DNA of 64,000 nucleotides, from assembly GCA_035221665.1 (NCBI GenBank), contig CM069140.1:23746001-23810000 (forward strand), read 5' to 3'. Position 1 is the stretch's first letter; each line of letters starts with the position of its first letter. Positions 1 to 11,180 of the stretch are shown here, piece by piece. Position numbers and translations under genes: made by a program. The notes under the pieces were generated by a model. It saw only the letters and a list, made by a program, of their open reading frames with translations. It made no database searches and was not told where the DNA came from. This DNA is from Okamejei kenojei. Lineage: Eukaryota.

Positions 1-454
1 CAAAATGTCTAGGTTACACTTGAAGCTAAACTTTTAATTTTAAAAGAAATTGAAGTTCTTATTGATGTGTTATAATTGTTGTATATAGTGGTGTCCCTGA
101 TATATTTACAAAATTAAGTAGGTATAGTGGTGATGCAGTGGTTTAGTTACCTGATTGGTGACTAGGAAGCCTGGACTTATACTTAATATAGGTATGGGGT
201 TTAAATTCAGTTAACAGCATGAAATTTAAAAACAAAATCTTAGTAATGATGACCATGATTCTATTAGATTGTTGAAGCTGATAATTAATGGTAGATGTTA
301 GAAAGTGATAAAACAAAGTAATGTAAAATGCCAACAAATTCAAATGTGTATGCTTAACAGCAGGTCACGCTGTGCTAATGGGGAGAAAGAAACCACACGC
401 GATTGAGTTGCTGCAATAATGACCAGTTCCAATATAGACAGAGAAAGCAGATTA

Positions 455-750
455 CTGAAAGTTGAAGAATTTGATATTGAATCTGGAAGATGCCCAGATG
501 GGACATGAGGTGCTGTTTGTTTAGCTTGCATTGGGTAGAGGGCCATGGACAGATAGGTCAAAGAGGGAATAGGATGGAGGGCCCCTGTTGTCCTGCAGAG
601 ACACAACATGTGCCCTCTCACCTCGGATCCAATTCCAACGTCCAGAGATCAAAAAGTCCTTCCAGTTGAAGCAGTTACAGCATTTAATATACACAGTATT
701 GGAGAAACAACACAGATTGGGCTACAGCTTTACAGAGCACCCACATTAAA
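455..750. mobile_element. Degenerate Penelope-like (GIY-YIG region) relic with a minus-strand piece joined to a plus-strand piece
   Basis: About 455-580 resembles 21510-21660 (end of the Penelope ORF, same orientation). About 600-750 resembles the reverse complement of 21720-21890 (QSFQV...IGET...RLG...F.EH). Heavily decayed; boundaries approximate. Confidence 0.55.
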
Positions 751-1207
751 GTGCATTAACAATTGACATCTCTGGGAGTGTGTTTAATGTTGGGGAAATG
801 TTTGATCTGATACCATGCATCTTATCCAGAAAAGCCAGTCCAATTTTGCAATTGGTGCAATTTCTTCAGGAATTTACCAGGTGACTCTGGCTACCATCAA
901 TTTTGTATCATGTAACACAACAAATGTGTGACATGATCTAATTTATAGGCAAGTGCATCCACCAAACTCTGTTCTGTCTTTTATATTTTCCATTGGTAAC
1001 CACTTTATTTGATTGCATGAGACAGTGTTGGAATTAATTATATAATTTAAATTATTTTGTGGTAAGTTTTCTCTAATAGAAACATAGGTGTTTAAGGTAA
1101 GAAAAGTTGATGTTATATACGATTGTATTTATATTAGTTAGTGAATTAGTGGAGCAGGCAGTGTTTTTTGCCGAAGGGCTAATTCTGCTATTTTGTTTTA
1201 CATTTAG

Positions 1208-1327
1208 TCATATCATTGTCCATCTCCGAAAAAAATGCCATTTGGCAAAATGGATCCCAGCTGCACCATAGGACTTTATGCTTCCAGCCAATATTATTTT
1301 GAACAAATAATTGATGAAGTCACAAAG
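1208..1327 (+). CDS. ATG4C: ATG4C-type cysteine protease, penultimate coding exon (120 nt, phase 0/0)
   Basis: Acceptor ttttacatttag| and donor AAG|gtaagt. Translates openly to SYHCPSPKKMPFGKMDPSCTIGLYASSQYYFEQIIDEVTK, matching the peptidase C54 C-terminal motif HCxSPKKM.F.KMDPSCT.G of ATG4C/ATG4D. Not in the ORF track because it is an internal exon. Confidence 0.93.
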
Positions 1328-2880
1328 GTAAGTGGTAGGAATTATTAATGGTGTAGGTTGGGAGCAATCACTGGGTAAATTGTTCTTTCCCTGTTTGTCG
1401 GGAAAGGTGTTAAACTATTATTACAAAAGGTAAATACTCTAGGTTAATATGGAAATGCTAATTTGGTGTGGCATCAAACCACAATTCTTGGATGCTCTGA
1501 GTTAATTGAGATTTGCTGCACTAATGCTAAGCAGTAGCAAAATAATCCAAGATTCCAACATTGATACTGGAGAATAGACTTCAATTTTTACACATTATTT
1601 CTTCAGTATAAAACTAAAGTAACCATATATACAAACCTTAAGCTTAGTTGAACTGCAGATGTTTACACTTTATTGGTTAATGATGGAGGAACAAGAAACA
1701 TAATTGTCAGTGGTGTGTAATTAACTTGTATAGTACTGTATTGAAAAGACAATAGCTAATTATTTTCTTGGCAATAGCAGCTGGAAGCCAAAGGGGAAAA
1801 GTAGAGATGCCCCAATTGTTTTTTAGTTTCATTTGAATTCTTAGGATCCGAAGTCAGAAAGCTACCAAGCCTGTCTTTTTTGATTGGCCGTGCCATCTTC
1901 CCGATGTGGCCTTCAGTCCTTCCTTTTCCATAAAATCCGTTCCTGAGAATATTCGTTTCAAAAGGCTTCTGTGATTTCATATACACTTCTATTATGTTTT
2001 TGGAACATAAGTTCTGCCTCGCTTCCATTTTTCATAACGTACCTGGTTTTTGAATTCATAAATGCAATGAGCACTTTGCCTAGGTCAATTTTGTCAATTT
2101 CTTTTAGAACCTTAAACTTAATTAACTCACCACCTTAGGTTCGACTAATTTTGTGTACCATACTCATCAAAGCTATATTGAAAGCAGTTTGGTGATGACT
2201 GCATGCAAATTAACAAAAAACATTCCTGTTAATGAGAAGTCCAGTATGAAATTAACTTTTTTATTAGCATTGTTCATTCATTTGATAGTCAGTGTTTCTC
2301 AAATAGTTGTCAAATATTGTCACCAGTAGGTGGCAATATTGAAAGTAAAATCGGTCTAAGCTTGGCAAATCACTTTCATTAATACTCTGACTTAAATGAA
2401 GCTTTACATTGTGTGCAGTTCTGATAGATAATTTCATTCATGGCACACATTAAAGATGGTTTGAATTGGGGGAGGAAATGATTCTATTAATGCATGAAAA
2501 TGTGCTTAACTGTAAGGAAATGTAATTTATCAAATTCTATTCTGTGTAAAAATTAGAATTAGCCATTTTAAATGTAAAAACTATTGATTTAACAGATGTA
2601 AAGCTATCCTTTGTTTAAATATAGTCACTACATTAGCAAACTCTTGCTCAGGTAGTCTTTGTAATGCATATCACTCAGATCTTTATTGACCTCATTTCCT
2701 TGGGTGATGTACCCACCACAACCTCCAGCCACAGACCCCCAATTCTACACAGTTCAGTTCTACCCCTTCTAAAGATCTATAAACAATACTGTTCTGGTAG
2801 AGGCATTGATTCAGCTTGCTCTTACCCTCAGAATGTTTTTCTTCCTATCTTGACTCTTCCTTCGATCAGTCCCTTCCCAT

Positions 2881-3024
2881 CTTCTTCTTCTTCTTGCGTA
2901 TGGCGTGCACAGCCTAAAGTTGTCGGTCAACTTGTTCTATTTGATCTTATTTGATTGTGCACGTTGGGTTGATTGCATTAGTCGAAACAGGGCGGACCAC
3001 GTGAAGGTTGCAATCTCTCACCCC
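2881..3024 (-). mobile_element. ~140-nt non-autonomous retroposon with 5' HDV-like ribozyme fold and (AAG)n tail, copy 1
   Basis: Reverse complement aligns along its whole length with 19805-19941. (CTT)n at 2881-2895. Possible TSD cccttcccat at 2871-2880 and 3040-3049. Confidence 0.8.
2971..3024 (-). ncRNA. Predicted minimal HDV-like ribozyme (54 nt)
   Basis: Minus strand reads GGGGTGA-GA-GATTGCA-ACC-TTCACGT-GGT-CCGCCCT-G-TTTCGA-CTAA-TGCAATC, i.e. P1, J1/2, P2, P3, L3 (UYCNCGY), P3', P1', P1.1 G, vestigial P4, J4/2 with C..A, P2'. Structure assigned by eye. Confidence 0.7.
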
Positions 3025-3049
3025 AAAGATTGCCCAACCCCCTTCCCAT

Positions 3050-4150
3050 ATGCATCCATGACATCTCCGATACCATCCATTAGACGGTTTCTGGTTTCCT
3101 GATCACAGCTGGCTCATTCCCTCAGTCCATCCCCTACTACAATGGTCTGGGGGACCCACTTCCTTCAACAGAAGCCTAATAAGTAATTCTCCACACCACT
3201 CTTTGCCTGCCTGAACTCATTCTTCCATTGAACAATTTATCTTTCAACTCGTAATTGCTTTCGCCAGGTCAAAGATGTAACTATGGGAACTTCTTGGACT
3301 CAACCTATGCATTGGAATGGTTCGTGTTTCAGGCCAATTCGGTTCACCTCCAACTTTTTTTCTATAACATTCATAACTATTGCAGCTTCATGTCCTTGTA
3401 TAGGACTGATATACATTCACTGGCAATTTCCAACCTTCTCATATGGTCCATTTCTGGGTACTTTTTGTTTTGACAGCTCTCTCTATTTTGGGACAGGTTG
3501 GCTACCAATGCCCATTATGAGCCCACTGACTCGCACAGCTGTCTTGCCTGCATCCACATTTTTTTGTTGTGACTAAGTTCCATTATTTTTTTTTTCCCAT
3601 TGTATCTACTCTTCTGACAACACTTTCCATGCCAGTTCCTTGTAAGATGTTTTCCTTGTTCCTTAAACGTGTTTTTATTCCACCTTGGTTGTAGCTCTGA
3701 ACCATGTCTCCTCTATTTCTTGCACTACTGCTCCCATTTCATCTACTCCGAGCCAGATCCCAGATCAGGTTCATCAATCGCATGGTCAACCCCCAGCAGG
3801 ATCATTCATAAATCCTGTTGCCTCCGGTGGGATTCCACGACTCATTGTATCTTCTCATTCTCCTCCTCTGTTCTCAACATTCTGATGGTATTGTTCTGTC
3901 TGTGTCTCTGGTCCTACTCTTCCATCTCCACCATTGACTACCATCCCTTGGCATATTCTAATATAACTGTGAAAAATGACACACTTGCTATTTTGCCATG
4001 TCGCTTCCCATTCTCCAGGGACCCAAACAGTCTTCCAGATGAAACGGAAATTAATTTGCACTTGTTCCAGTTTAGCATATTGAATTGGGTTCTATTGCAG
4101 CCATGGTCCCTTCAGTGTAGAAACCAAGTACAGATTGAGTGACCACATTT
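3050..4150 (+). mobile_element. Old, decayed Penelope-like element (RT through GIY-YIG)
   Basis: Remnants of ELxLxLNNxSFNS...QVKxVxMGT (~3210-3290) and downstream segments colinear with the younger Penelope at 21507-22655. Many frameshifts and stops. Confidence 0.6.
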
Positions 4151-4929
4151 TCAACTGCATGCACAAGCTTGGACATCAGGAATGCACTGGCCCATACACT
4201 GCAGCTTGCTTGTGTCTCCACAGAACTGCTGACTAGCGAACAGCATGATCCGGCCCACTGAAGTTTTTAAAAAAATTAGGCACATTAAATAAATGCCTGA
4301 GAGGAATTGAGAATCTCTTCATTCATTTATAGTTTTATCAGTGGTCTTGTGCAGCATTATATATATAATTTCACATTTCTGCAGTTTTACCTTTCATCGT
4401 TGATCTGGGACTTGGTTAGAATGTCTGCTTGAAGTATTGTTAAAATGTAATCACTGGCTTCCCCAGTACTATTACTAATGGTCTCTGATGTGATACTGAA
4501 TTACACAAACCTGGAAGGTTCATGGTTTAGTCACTGTTCTATATTGAATGTACTCATTTTAACTAGGACTGTGGTAAGGCTCTTGTATTATAATAATAAG
4601 CAGGATTTCCTATTTCATATCATTAATTAGGTGTTCCTACTCCCAGTTAATCTGAATTTTACTGAAAAGTGCATGTGCAAAGGTTGAGTGTGAAAAGGAT
4701 TGTGCATTATTATAGCCTGGTGATAAAGTAATATATCTGGGTAAAGGCATGTACAAACAGTAATAGTTTTGTTGCAACTGCTAATGTACAGCCAGTCTGG
4801 AGGGGGGCCGAGGAGAGAGCGAATGAGCGATAATATTGAACTCATAAGGGGTAGTTTTAAGATTTTTTTTATCGGTTTAAAAATGTAAATCATGTTCTGA
4901 AAAGTATTTAATTTCTATTTCAATTTTAG

Positions 4930-5106
4930 GTTTTGAACTCTCCTTCCAAGGAGAATTATCCAATATTTACCTTTTCAAAGGGGCATGCTAAAGATTATGA
5001 ATTTGATAAACATTGCACAATGAAAACTGAATCAGCAGTACTGGTCTCTGGAACTCGGAGGAGGAAAGGAGAGAGGTTGAGTAATGAGGAATTTGTTTTG
5101 TTGTAA
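4930..5106 (+). CDS. ATG4C: ATG4C-type cysteine protease, terminal coding exon (58 aa + TAA)
   Basis: Acceptor tctatttcaattttag|GTT, in frame with exon 1208-1327. Translates to VLNSPSKENYPIFTFSKGHAKDYEFDKHCTMKTESAVLVSGTRRRKGERLSNEEFVLL*. The SKE.YP.FTF..GH..DY.F and R.S.EEFVLL* segments match recalled ATG4C better than ATG4D. Confidence 0.92.
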   Translation, partial: VLNSPSKENYPIFTFSKGHAKDYEFDKHCTMKTESAVLVSGTRRRKGERLSNEEFVLL

Positions 5107-5289
5107 CAATTTCACAGTAACTACAATAGTTTCCTGTCATTGGTGACAGAAACTATGGGTGTCTCTGTATAATTGATGGATAATCTGTGATTAGATAGCT
5201 TGATGTCATTGATTTAAAATGTTGCACAAGTATATATTTTACTGTATATAAAAATGTAATCTTCAGTGTCATTTTTGTAATTTTCTCTA

Positions 5290-5295
5290 AATAAA
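5290..5295 (+). promoter_or_regulatory. Candidate polyadenylation signal of ATG4C (alternatives at 5431, 5625, 5751)
   Basis: First AATAAA ~185 nt after the stop codon, followed by T-rich sequence. Confidence 0.5.
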
Positions 5296-6214
5296 AGTAT
5301 GTAAATACTAGAGTTTTTCCACAGCCTAATATTTTTTTCTATGATTTTCTTCATGCATCTTCATCTCTCTGTTAAATTGCAGCTGTTTGAGATCTTTAAA
5401 AAATGATCACAGGGACATTGTGATGGAATTAATAAATAAATCGGTCATTGTGCACCAGAGATTATCCAGTTTTCCAACCTCACTCTGAACATACTGCCTT
5501 ACATTTATTTAGTCTCCCCCTTGACCTTGCTGGTGTGGTCATAAAATCATAACTGATAGGTATTTTACCTCCATTCACCTGCCTTTCCCTTTTATCCCTT
5601 AAAACAGTCTAAAATAGGTCTCTGAATAAAGTTAATAATTGACTGTTGCTATTTGTGACAGTTTCTAATTTCTACCATCATTGCATTGAGTAAAATCACA
5701 ATGAAAATGAGAAAATGATGAACATACGGAATAACTACTAAGCATCGGTGAATAAACTCTCATGTTTCTCAACTGTGCATAGACTTGTAGCCCATGGATG
5801 CAAGAAAATTATTTTATTACCCTTTAAATTTCCCTTTAACTTCTCAAATTCATTCAAATTACCGTCTAAATTCCAAGGTATAAAGCCCCAATTCCATTAC
5901 ATGCCTATTTTCCCGACCCTCTACACTGCTTATCCCATTTCCAAGTAAGTAATTTGCCTTCAATTTGTGAGCTTCAACATTAACTGAAAATAAGGAGATG
6001 CCTTCAATCAAAGTCAACCTGAATGTAGGCACAAATATAAATAAAGTGGGTATGATCTTGTAGCCATTTGACCCCATCACACTTCACACTGGGAAATAAT
6101 CAAAGGTCGGTCATTCCTCTTTTCCCTCCACTTGTGTAAGTAGAAATGAGGAACTGTTATTTTTTGAAAAATACCGCAGGCAGCAAGTCTGATCCTACCT
6201 GAAATAAGGGTCAA

Positions 6215-6310
6215 AGTGATAGGAACAGAGTAGGCTATTAGCCCATCAATTCTACTCTGCCATTCAATCATGACTGATCTATCTTTCCCCTCCTAACCCC
6301 ATTCTCCTGC
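6215..6310 (-). mobile_element. CR1 3' tail fragment
   Basis: Reverse complement of the 3' UTR motif gatagatcagccatgattgaatggc...ggcctactcc seen at 26340-26400 and 57720-57770. Confidence 0.65.
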
Positions 6311-6574
6311 TTAGTCTAGTCCTTCCTTATCACATACAGCCAAATTTTGAATTAACTGCAAATGTCTTTGTTATATCACGTATTAAACTTTGAAATATAC
6401 TCTGGAGGGAGAGTCCCTTGACTTGTGCCACCCCTTTATTCTGGGCACAGTTATCTACTTACTAATTAGAGGTGCATCACGTTTAAAGGTCACTTGCTGA
6501 GTTACTCCAGCACTTTGTGTCTTTTTTTGTAATTTCTCCAAGTTTGCCAAGCAGTGATATGGCTGCCTTGTTCC

Positions 6575-7295
6575 TGCAGAGGATCTGGGATGTGCAGACA
6601 GGTTAAGGAAATTGGAAAGGACATGGCAGATAAAATATAATGTGGAGAACTGTGAGGTTACATACTTTGGTGGGAAAAGATAAGTATTTTTTAAATGGTG
6701 AGCTACTAAAAGGTGCTGGTATTCAGAGAGATCTGGGTGTCATCGCACATGAATCACTAGAAGCAAACCTGCAAAATATAGCAAGTAATTAGGTAATGAT
6801 ATATTGTTTTTTGTAAGTGGATTTGAGTATAGGATTAGCAATGTCTTGCTCCAATTATGTAGACCCCTGTTGAGACACATTGACTCTTATTGTGTACATG
6901 TCTGTTTTCCATATCAAAGGGATGATGTAGTTGCAATGGAGGGAGTGCAATGAAGGTTCATGAATTGATGGTGAGCTCATGGTATCAGGAGAGACTCAGC
7001 AGACTGAACAATAATTTATTGAATTTAAAAGAACGAAAGGCGATCTTACTAAAGCATACAGATTTCTTACAACTGTCAGAATAAATGCTGAATTGATTGT
7101 TTTCACTAGTTTGGGTGTTGTGATCAGGGGCTGCAGTCTTGAAATTATGAGTCAGCTATTTGTGACAGATGAGAAGAAATTTCTTCACCTAGAGGGTAGT
7201 AAATCTTTGGAATTCTCTATCCAAGTAGACTGTAGGCTCAGCGTTTATGTATATTCAAGATTGAGATCCAGAGGTTTTTAAATTTTAAGGGGATC
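6575..7295 (+). mobile_element. Old CR1 LINE ORF2 3' fragment
   Basis: Decayed LQRDL...WQ.KYNVE.CEV.HFG...RDLGV motifs and 3' end FFT.RVV.LWNSL. Confidence 0.75.
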
Positions 7296-8467
7296 TTATG
7301 ATTCTGAATCATCGGGTTTTGCTGAAGAGCAAGGTCAAAAAGGATGGGTATATGGAGGTTTAGTTCTTGTGAGGACTGGTGTAAAAATGAGTGAACATGT
7401 TGGGGCAGTGCCCATATCTGGATGTACTAAATGTGCCACTATATTTGCCGTTTCTGATCTGATTACTTCACAAGTGTGTTATCACAATCATGATTCTATT
7501 CTCCTAAAACCTCCAGCCATGCCTTCCTTTTTATCAATGGCAGCCTTTTTCCTCTGCCGGCAGAGAACAGTGTTTCCCTTTAAGTCCACATAGTTCTAAC
7601 ATTTATTTCAAATGAGAGGCAGCCCTTGAGCATCATCATTACCTAATTCTCACTTGTATTCTCCCCAACTCCAGAATGTATGAAATGTCATATTTGCAAT
7701 GTCTAACAAAACTTGTGTGTTATTGCTGTTCAGCCAAACTTGTGAAGAAACTCAGAAATACTGCAGTTGCAGGAATACAAAGCCACCAACTGACATATGC
7801 ACAAACCTCTGGTCTTCCTTTGTACAGTCAGAATCAACCTTCTACTCCTCGCCACTCTCTGTGCTACGACTTAAAATTCAGCTATATGAATGAAAATCAA
7901 TGCCACAATTGGTGGAAATCTAAAAAATAAACAGAAAATACCAGAAACACTCAGCAGGTAAAGAAGCATCTGTGGACATGAGTTAACATTACTGGTGGAA
8001 GACACTTGACCACTTTGTACTGAAAATGTGGTGTTGGCCCTTCTTAAACCATTGTCATATTTGGGATGATTGTACTTGCATAATCAGTTTAGACTGAGAT
8101 TTTAAGAAGCCGAGTGTCAAAAGGAACTGAAAATGCATTTCTAAATGAATATGGTGTGTGGAGCTCTTGCTTTAGTTATCCTACTCCGTGATTGAGGTTG
8201 CAAGCAGGACAGCTTCTGTTCAAGTAACCTGAGCTAATTGTTGTGATGCTTTACGTGAAGCTCTGTGTATGGCAAGGAAAAGTAAAGATCTGAAAGTGTG
8301 CCAATGAAACAATACCTACCCTTTGTTGATAGAGCTCATTCAGCTGGCCTTCTGGTCAACTGTGACTGAATATATTGATGGTGTACAATCTTGACGCTTT
8401 TAAAGATTTTTAGAGGTTATCTTGTCTTTTCTTGTTTGAGGTGGTAATATGGGTGAAATGTAGCCTT

Positions 8468-8476
<9 letters not shown>

Positions 8477-8533
<57 letters not shown>
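8477..8533. repeat. (AT)n microsatellite
   Basis: Pure AT dinucleotide run of about 28 units. Confidence 0.97.
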
Positions 8534-8536
<3 letters not shown>

Positions 8537-10000
8537 AAACAGCATTACTCTAGACTTTAAGGGAAAGTCAGCACAAACATCTTCAACCAACTTATTGATT
8601 AGAACGTCTCTTTGAGGTGCTCCAGCTCTGATACCCTAAAGGTGATTTGATTGGCCTTGCGGTATCATAATTTTCCTCGAAAGCAGGTATAACTTTGAGC
8701 TGTCATTGACCTTGCCCAAGCTGCACCTCCTTGATGCTGTGCTCAACCAATGTTGAGATCAGCTATTCTGATATTAAGCTCTTGTTGTCCACATCCAAAT
8801 CTATGATTTGACAGTCTGATGCTCGACTTCTGTGGCAAAACTCAAATGGAACAGGCGATAGGTTAGTAAATGTTAAGTAGTATGGGGGGAACTAATGTGC
8901 CACAATTAGTTCAAGACTGCTGGTTTTCTCTAGATTAGTAGGAAAATGTTAAAGCTTGATTTGTCAGCAGGTGAATGAGCCACAGAGGCAGGGGCTTATG
9001 GAGTGGTAAGTGTACAGACTGGCAAGAAAACCAGCATGAAAATCATTGAGAGCTCAGCCCATTGAGTGAAGGCATTAAAATACAAGAGTATGACGGCTTG
9101 GAGCTCAAGTGGTGAGCGATTAATAACATGACCACTTTTCAGCACTGAGGATACTTGCAGTGTTTAGGCATTCCTTACATGCACAGAAATTGCTTGACCT
9201 TGGCCAAACGTCACTCCTTTTCAGGAATTCAATAAGTATGTTACACATTGAAAATAAACGGAGTGTACAGACCAAACGTCGAAAAGTACATTTTTGCCTT
9301 ATTTACGATGACACCTTTTGAAGTGCAGAAGATTTCTGATTAATTTTAATCAGTAATATTAACATTCAACACATGATCTGATCTTGAGCCATTCACTTTC
9401 CCCTACCCTCTTCATTCACTTTCTTGTTTTGGAACTATCAAATGGTAATAACTCTAAGTAAAGCTGCTATGATTCATTTTGCAGCTGCTTCTTCATTGCC
9501 ACCAAGAGGCAAGTTTGGTCATTTATTGCATGTTGCTATGAAGTCCGCCCCAGCTTATGAACACCTGACTTGTGTACAGCCCATACATGCACAAGTGTGA
9601 GAGACCGGTGGGATGGATTTGTCGGTTAGTGCAGGGCTGCAAGCATCTTCTGCTGTGTGGAAACTCAGTTCGTGACTGCATTTTCAACTTGCAAACTGTT
9701 TGAAATCTGAATGGAATCTAGCCATAACCTGGGTAGGACCTGTAATCACATCTTCATTTCAAAAAGGAAAATTATTAGGTCAACTATTGTCCTTAATACA
9801 AGAATAGACAACTTAGCAATTTTAGTGCAAAAAGGGTCATTTAATTGGCACTGGGAAATGTTGTTATGCAACCTTTTATGAAAATCATCTCTCTATACAG
9901 GAGTACTTTTATACTGTGATGCCAGTGCGTACCTCCTCCGCTCCACTGAGGGATGATCCATAGGAGCTAATCTAGAACCATGCTGTCTCTCTAAAACTAA

Positions 10001-10290
10001 ATGGTGCAATGGTAGAGTTGCTGCCATACAACACCAGAAACCCGAGTTAGATCTGTCTATACGGAGTTTATACGTTCTCCCTGTGACTAACGGGTTTTCT
10101 CTGAGTGCTCTGGTTTCCTCCCACATTCCGAAGACATGCAGGCTTGTAAATTAATTGTCTTCTGTAAATTGTCCCTAGTGTGTAGGATAGAATGGGTTAG
10201 GATAGAACTATAGTGTACGTGTTATTGTTGGTTAATGAGGACGGTGAGCTCATTATCCATGCTGTATCTCAAAGCTAAACTAAAATTAAA
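10001..10290 (+). mobile_element. HE1-type V-SINE
   Basis: tRNA-like head (tggtgcaatggtagag), V-domain (ggagttt.tacgttctccc.gtg...ggtttcctcccacat.cc.aagac) and catgctgtatctc..(ctaaa)n tail. Confidence 0.8.
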
Positions 10291-10398
10291 GAATGTTGCC
10301 CCATTAACCTTGTTTTGTTCTTTTCCTGCTAGGTGTATAGGTTCACTCAAAAATTTCAAGCAGGTTCATAAGACAAAACCTAACATTTACAAATCCAT

Positions 10399-10530
10399 AT
10401 GTAGGAAAAAACTGCATATGCTAATTTAAATCGAAGATAGACACAAAATGCTAGAGTAATTCAGCTGGACAGGCATGATCTCTGGAGAGAAGGAATAGGT
10501 GACGTTCTGGGTCGAGACCCTTCTTCAGAC
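10399..10530 (-). mobile_element. Solo Penelope-pLTR mini-element with hammerhead motif, 13-bp TSD
   Basis: TSD tttacaaatccat at 10386-10398 and 10531-10543. Minus strand begins gtCTGAAGAagggtctcgaccc. Confidence 0.85.
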
Positions 10531-10994
10531 TTTACAAATCCATCTTGCCTTTCTCTGATCAAGTGAAAATATTCAGTTTGTAATATCTTCTATCTTTTAT
10601 CGCTGACTCTAGTAAAGTCTACAGTCCAATGGTTTCCATCCTCCAACTCCACCTATGTTTCATACAACAGGGTGTTGTGGGCAATTTTCCAATCAAATAA
10701 AGTTCCAAATATAGTCTCCAGGTGCCTCAATCACACACCTTAAAATTTGAGTCCATTTCTTTCAACCTCACTTTTATCTCTTAAATTTGCTTTCATATTT
10801 TGGCACTTGTAATGCCCTTTTGTCTGTGAAACAGTGGGTATTACTTTGAAGACTCTATACAAATGCACGTTATTGTTTGTCACTCTGATCTGAAATGTCA
10901 CAAAGGTCACATTGGGTACTGTAATTTCCAAAAGCGAGAGTGTAAACTACATTTTTCATACATCGACCACTAAAAAGGTGCAAATATTGTTTAA

Positions 10995-11180
10995 GGTAGA
11001 CAAAAATGCTGGAGAAACTCAGCGGGTGCGGCAGCATCGACGGTGCGAAGGAAATAGGCAACGTTTCGTGTCAAAACCTTTCTTCAGACTTTCGCTCCAT
11101 TGATGCTGCCTCACCCGCTGAGTTTCTGCAGCATTTTTATCTACCTTTTATCTATCCAGCATCTGCAATTCCTTCTTAAA
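10995..11180. mobile_element. Penelope-pLTR hairpin mini-element, 14-bp TSD
   Basis: TSD caaatattgtttaa at 10981-10994 and 11181-11194. About 55-bp inverted arms enclose a minus-strand CTGAAGA...GAAACGTT motif. Confidence 0.85.

Noticed and set aside
1756-2028. 90-aa antisense ORF in the last ATG4C intron
   Set aside because: No recognisable motif in any frame and no convincing splice sites; length is compatible with chance.
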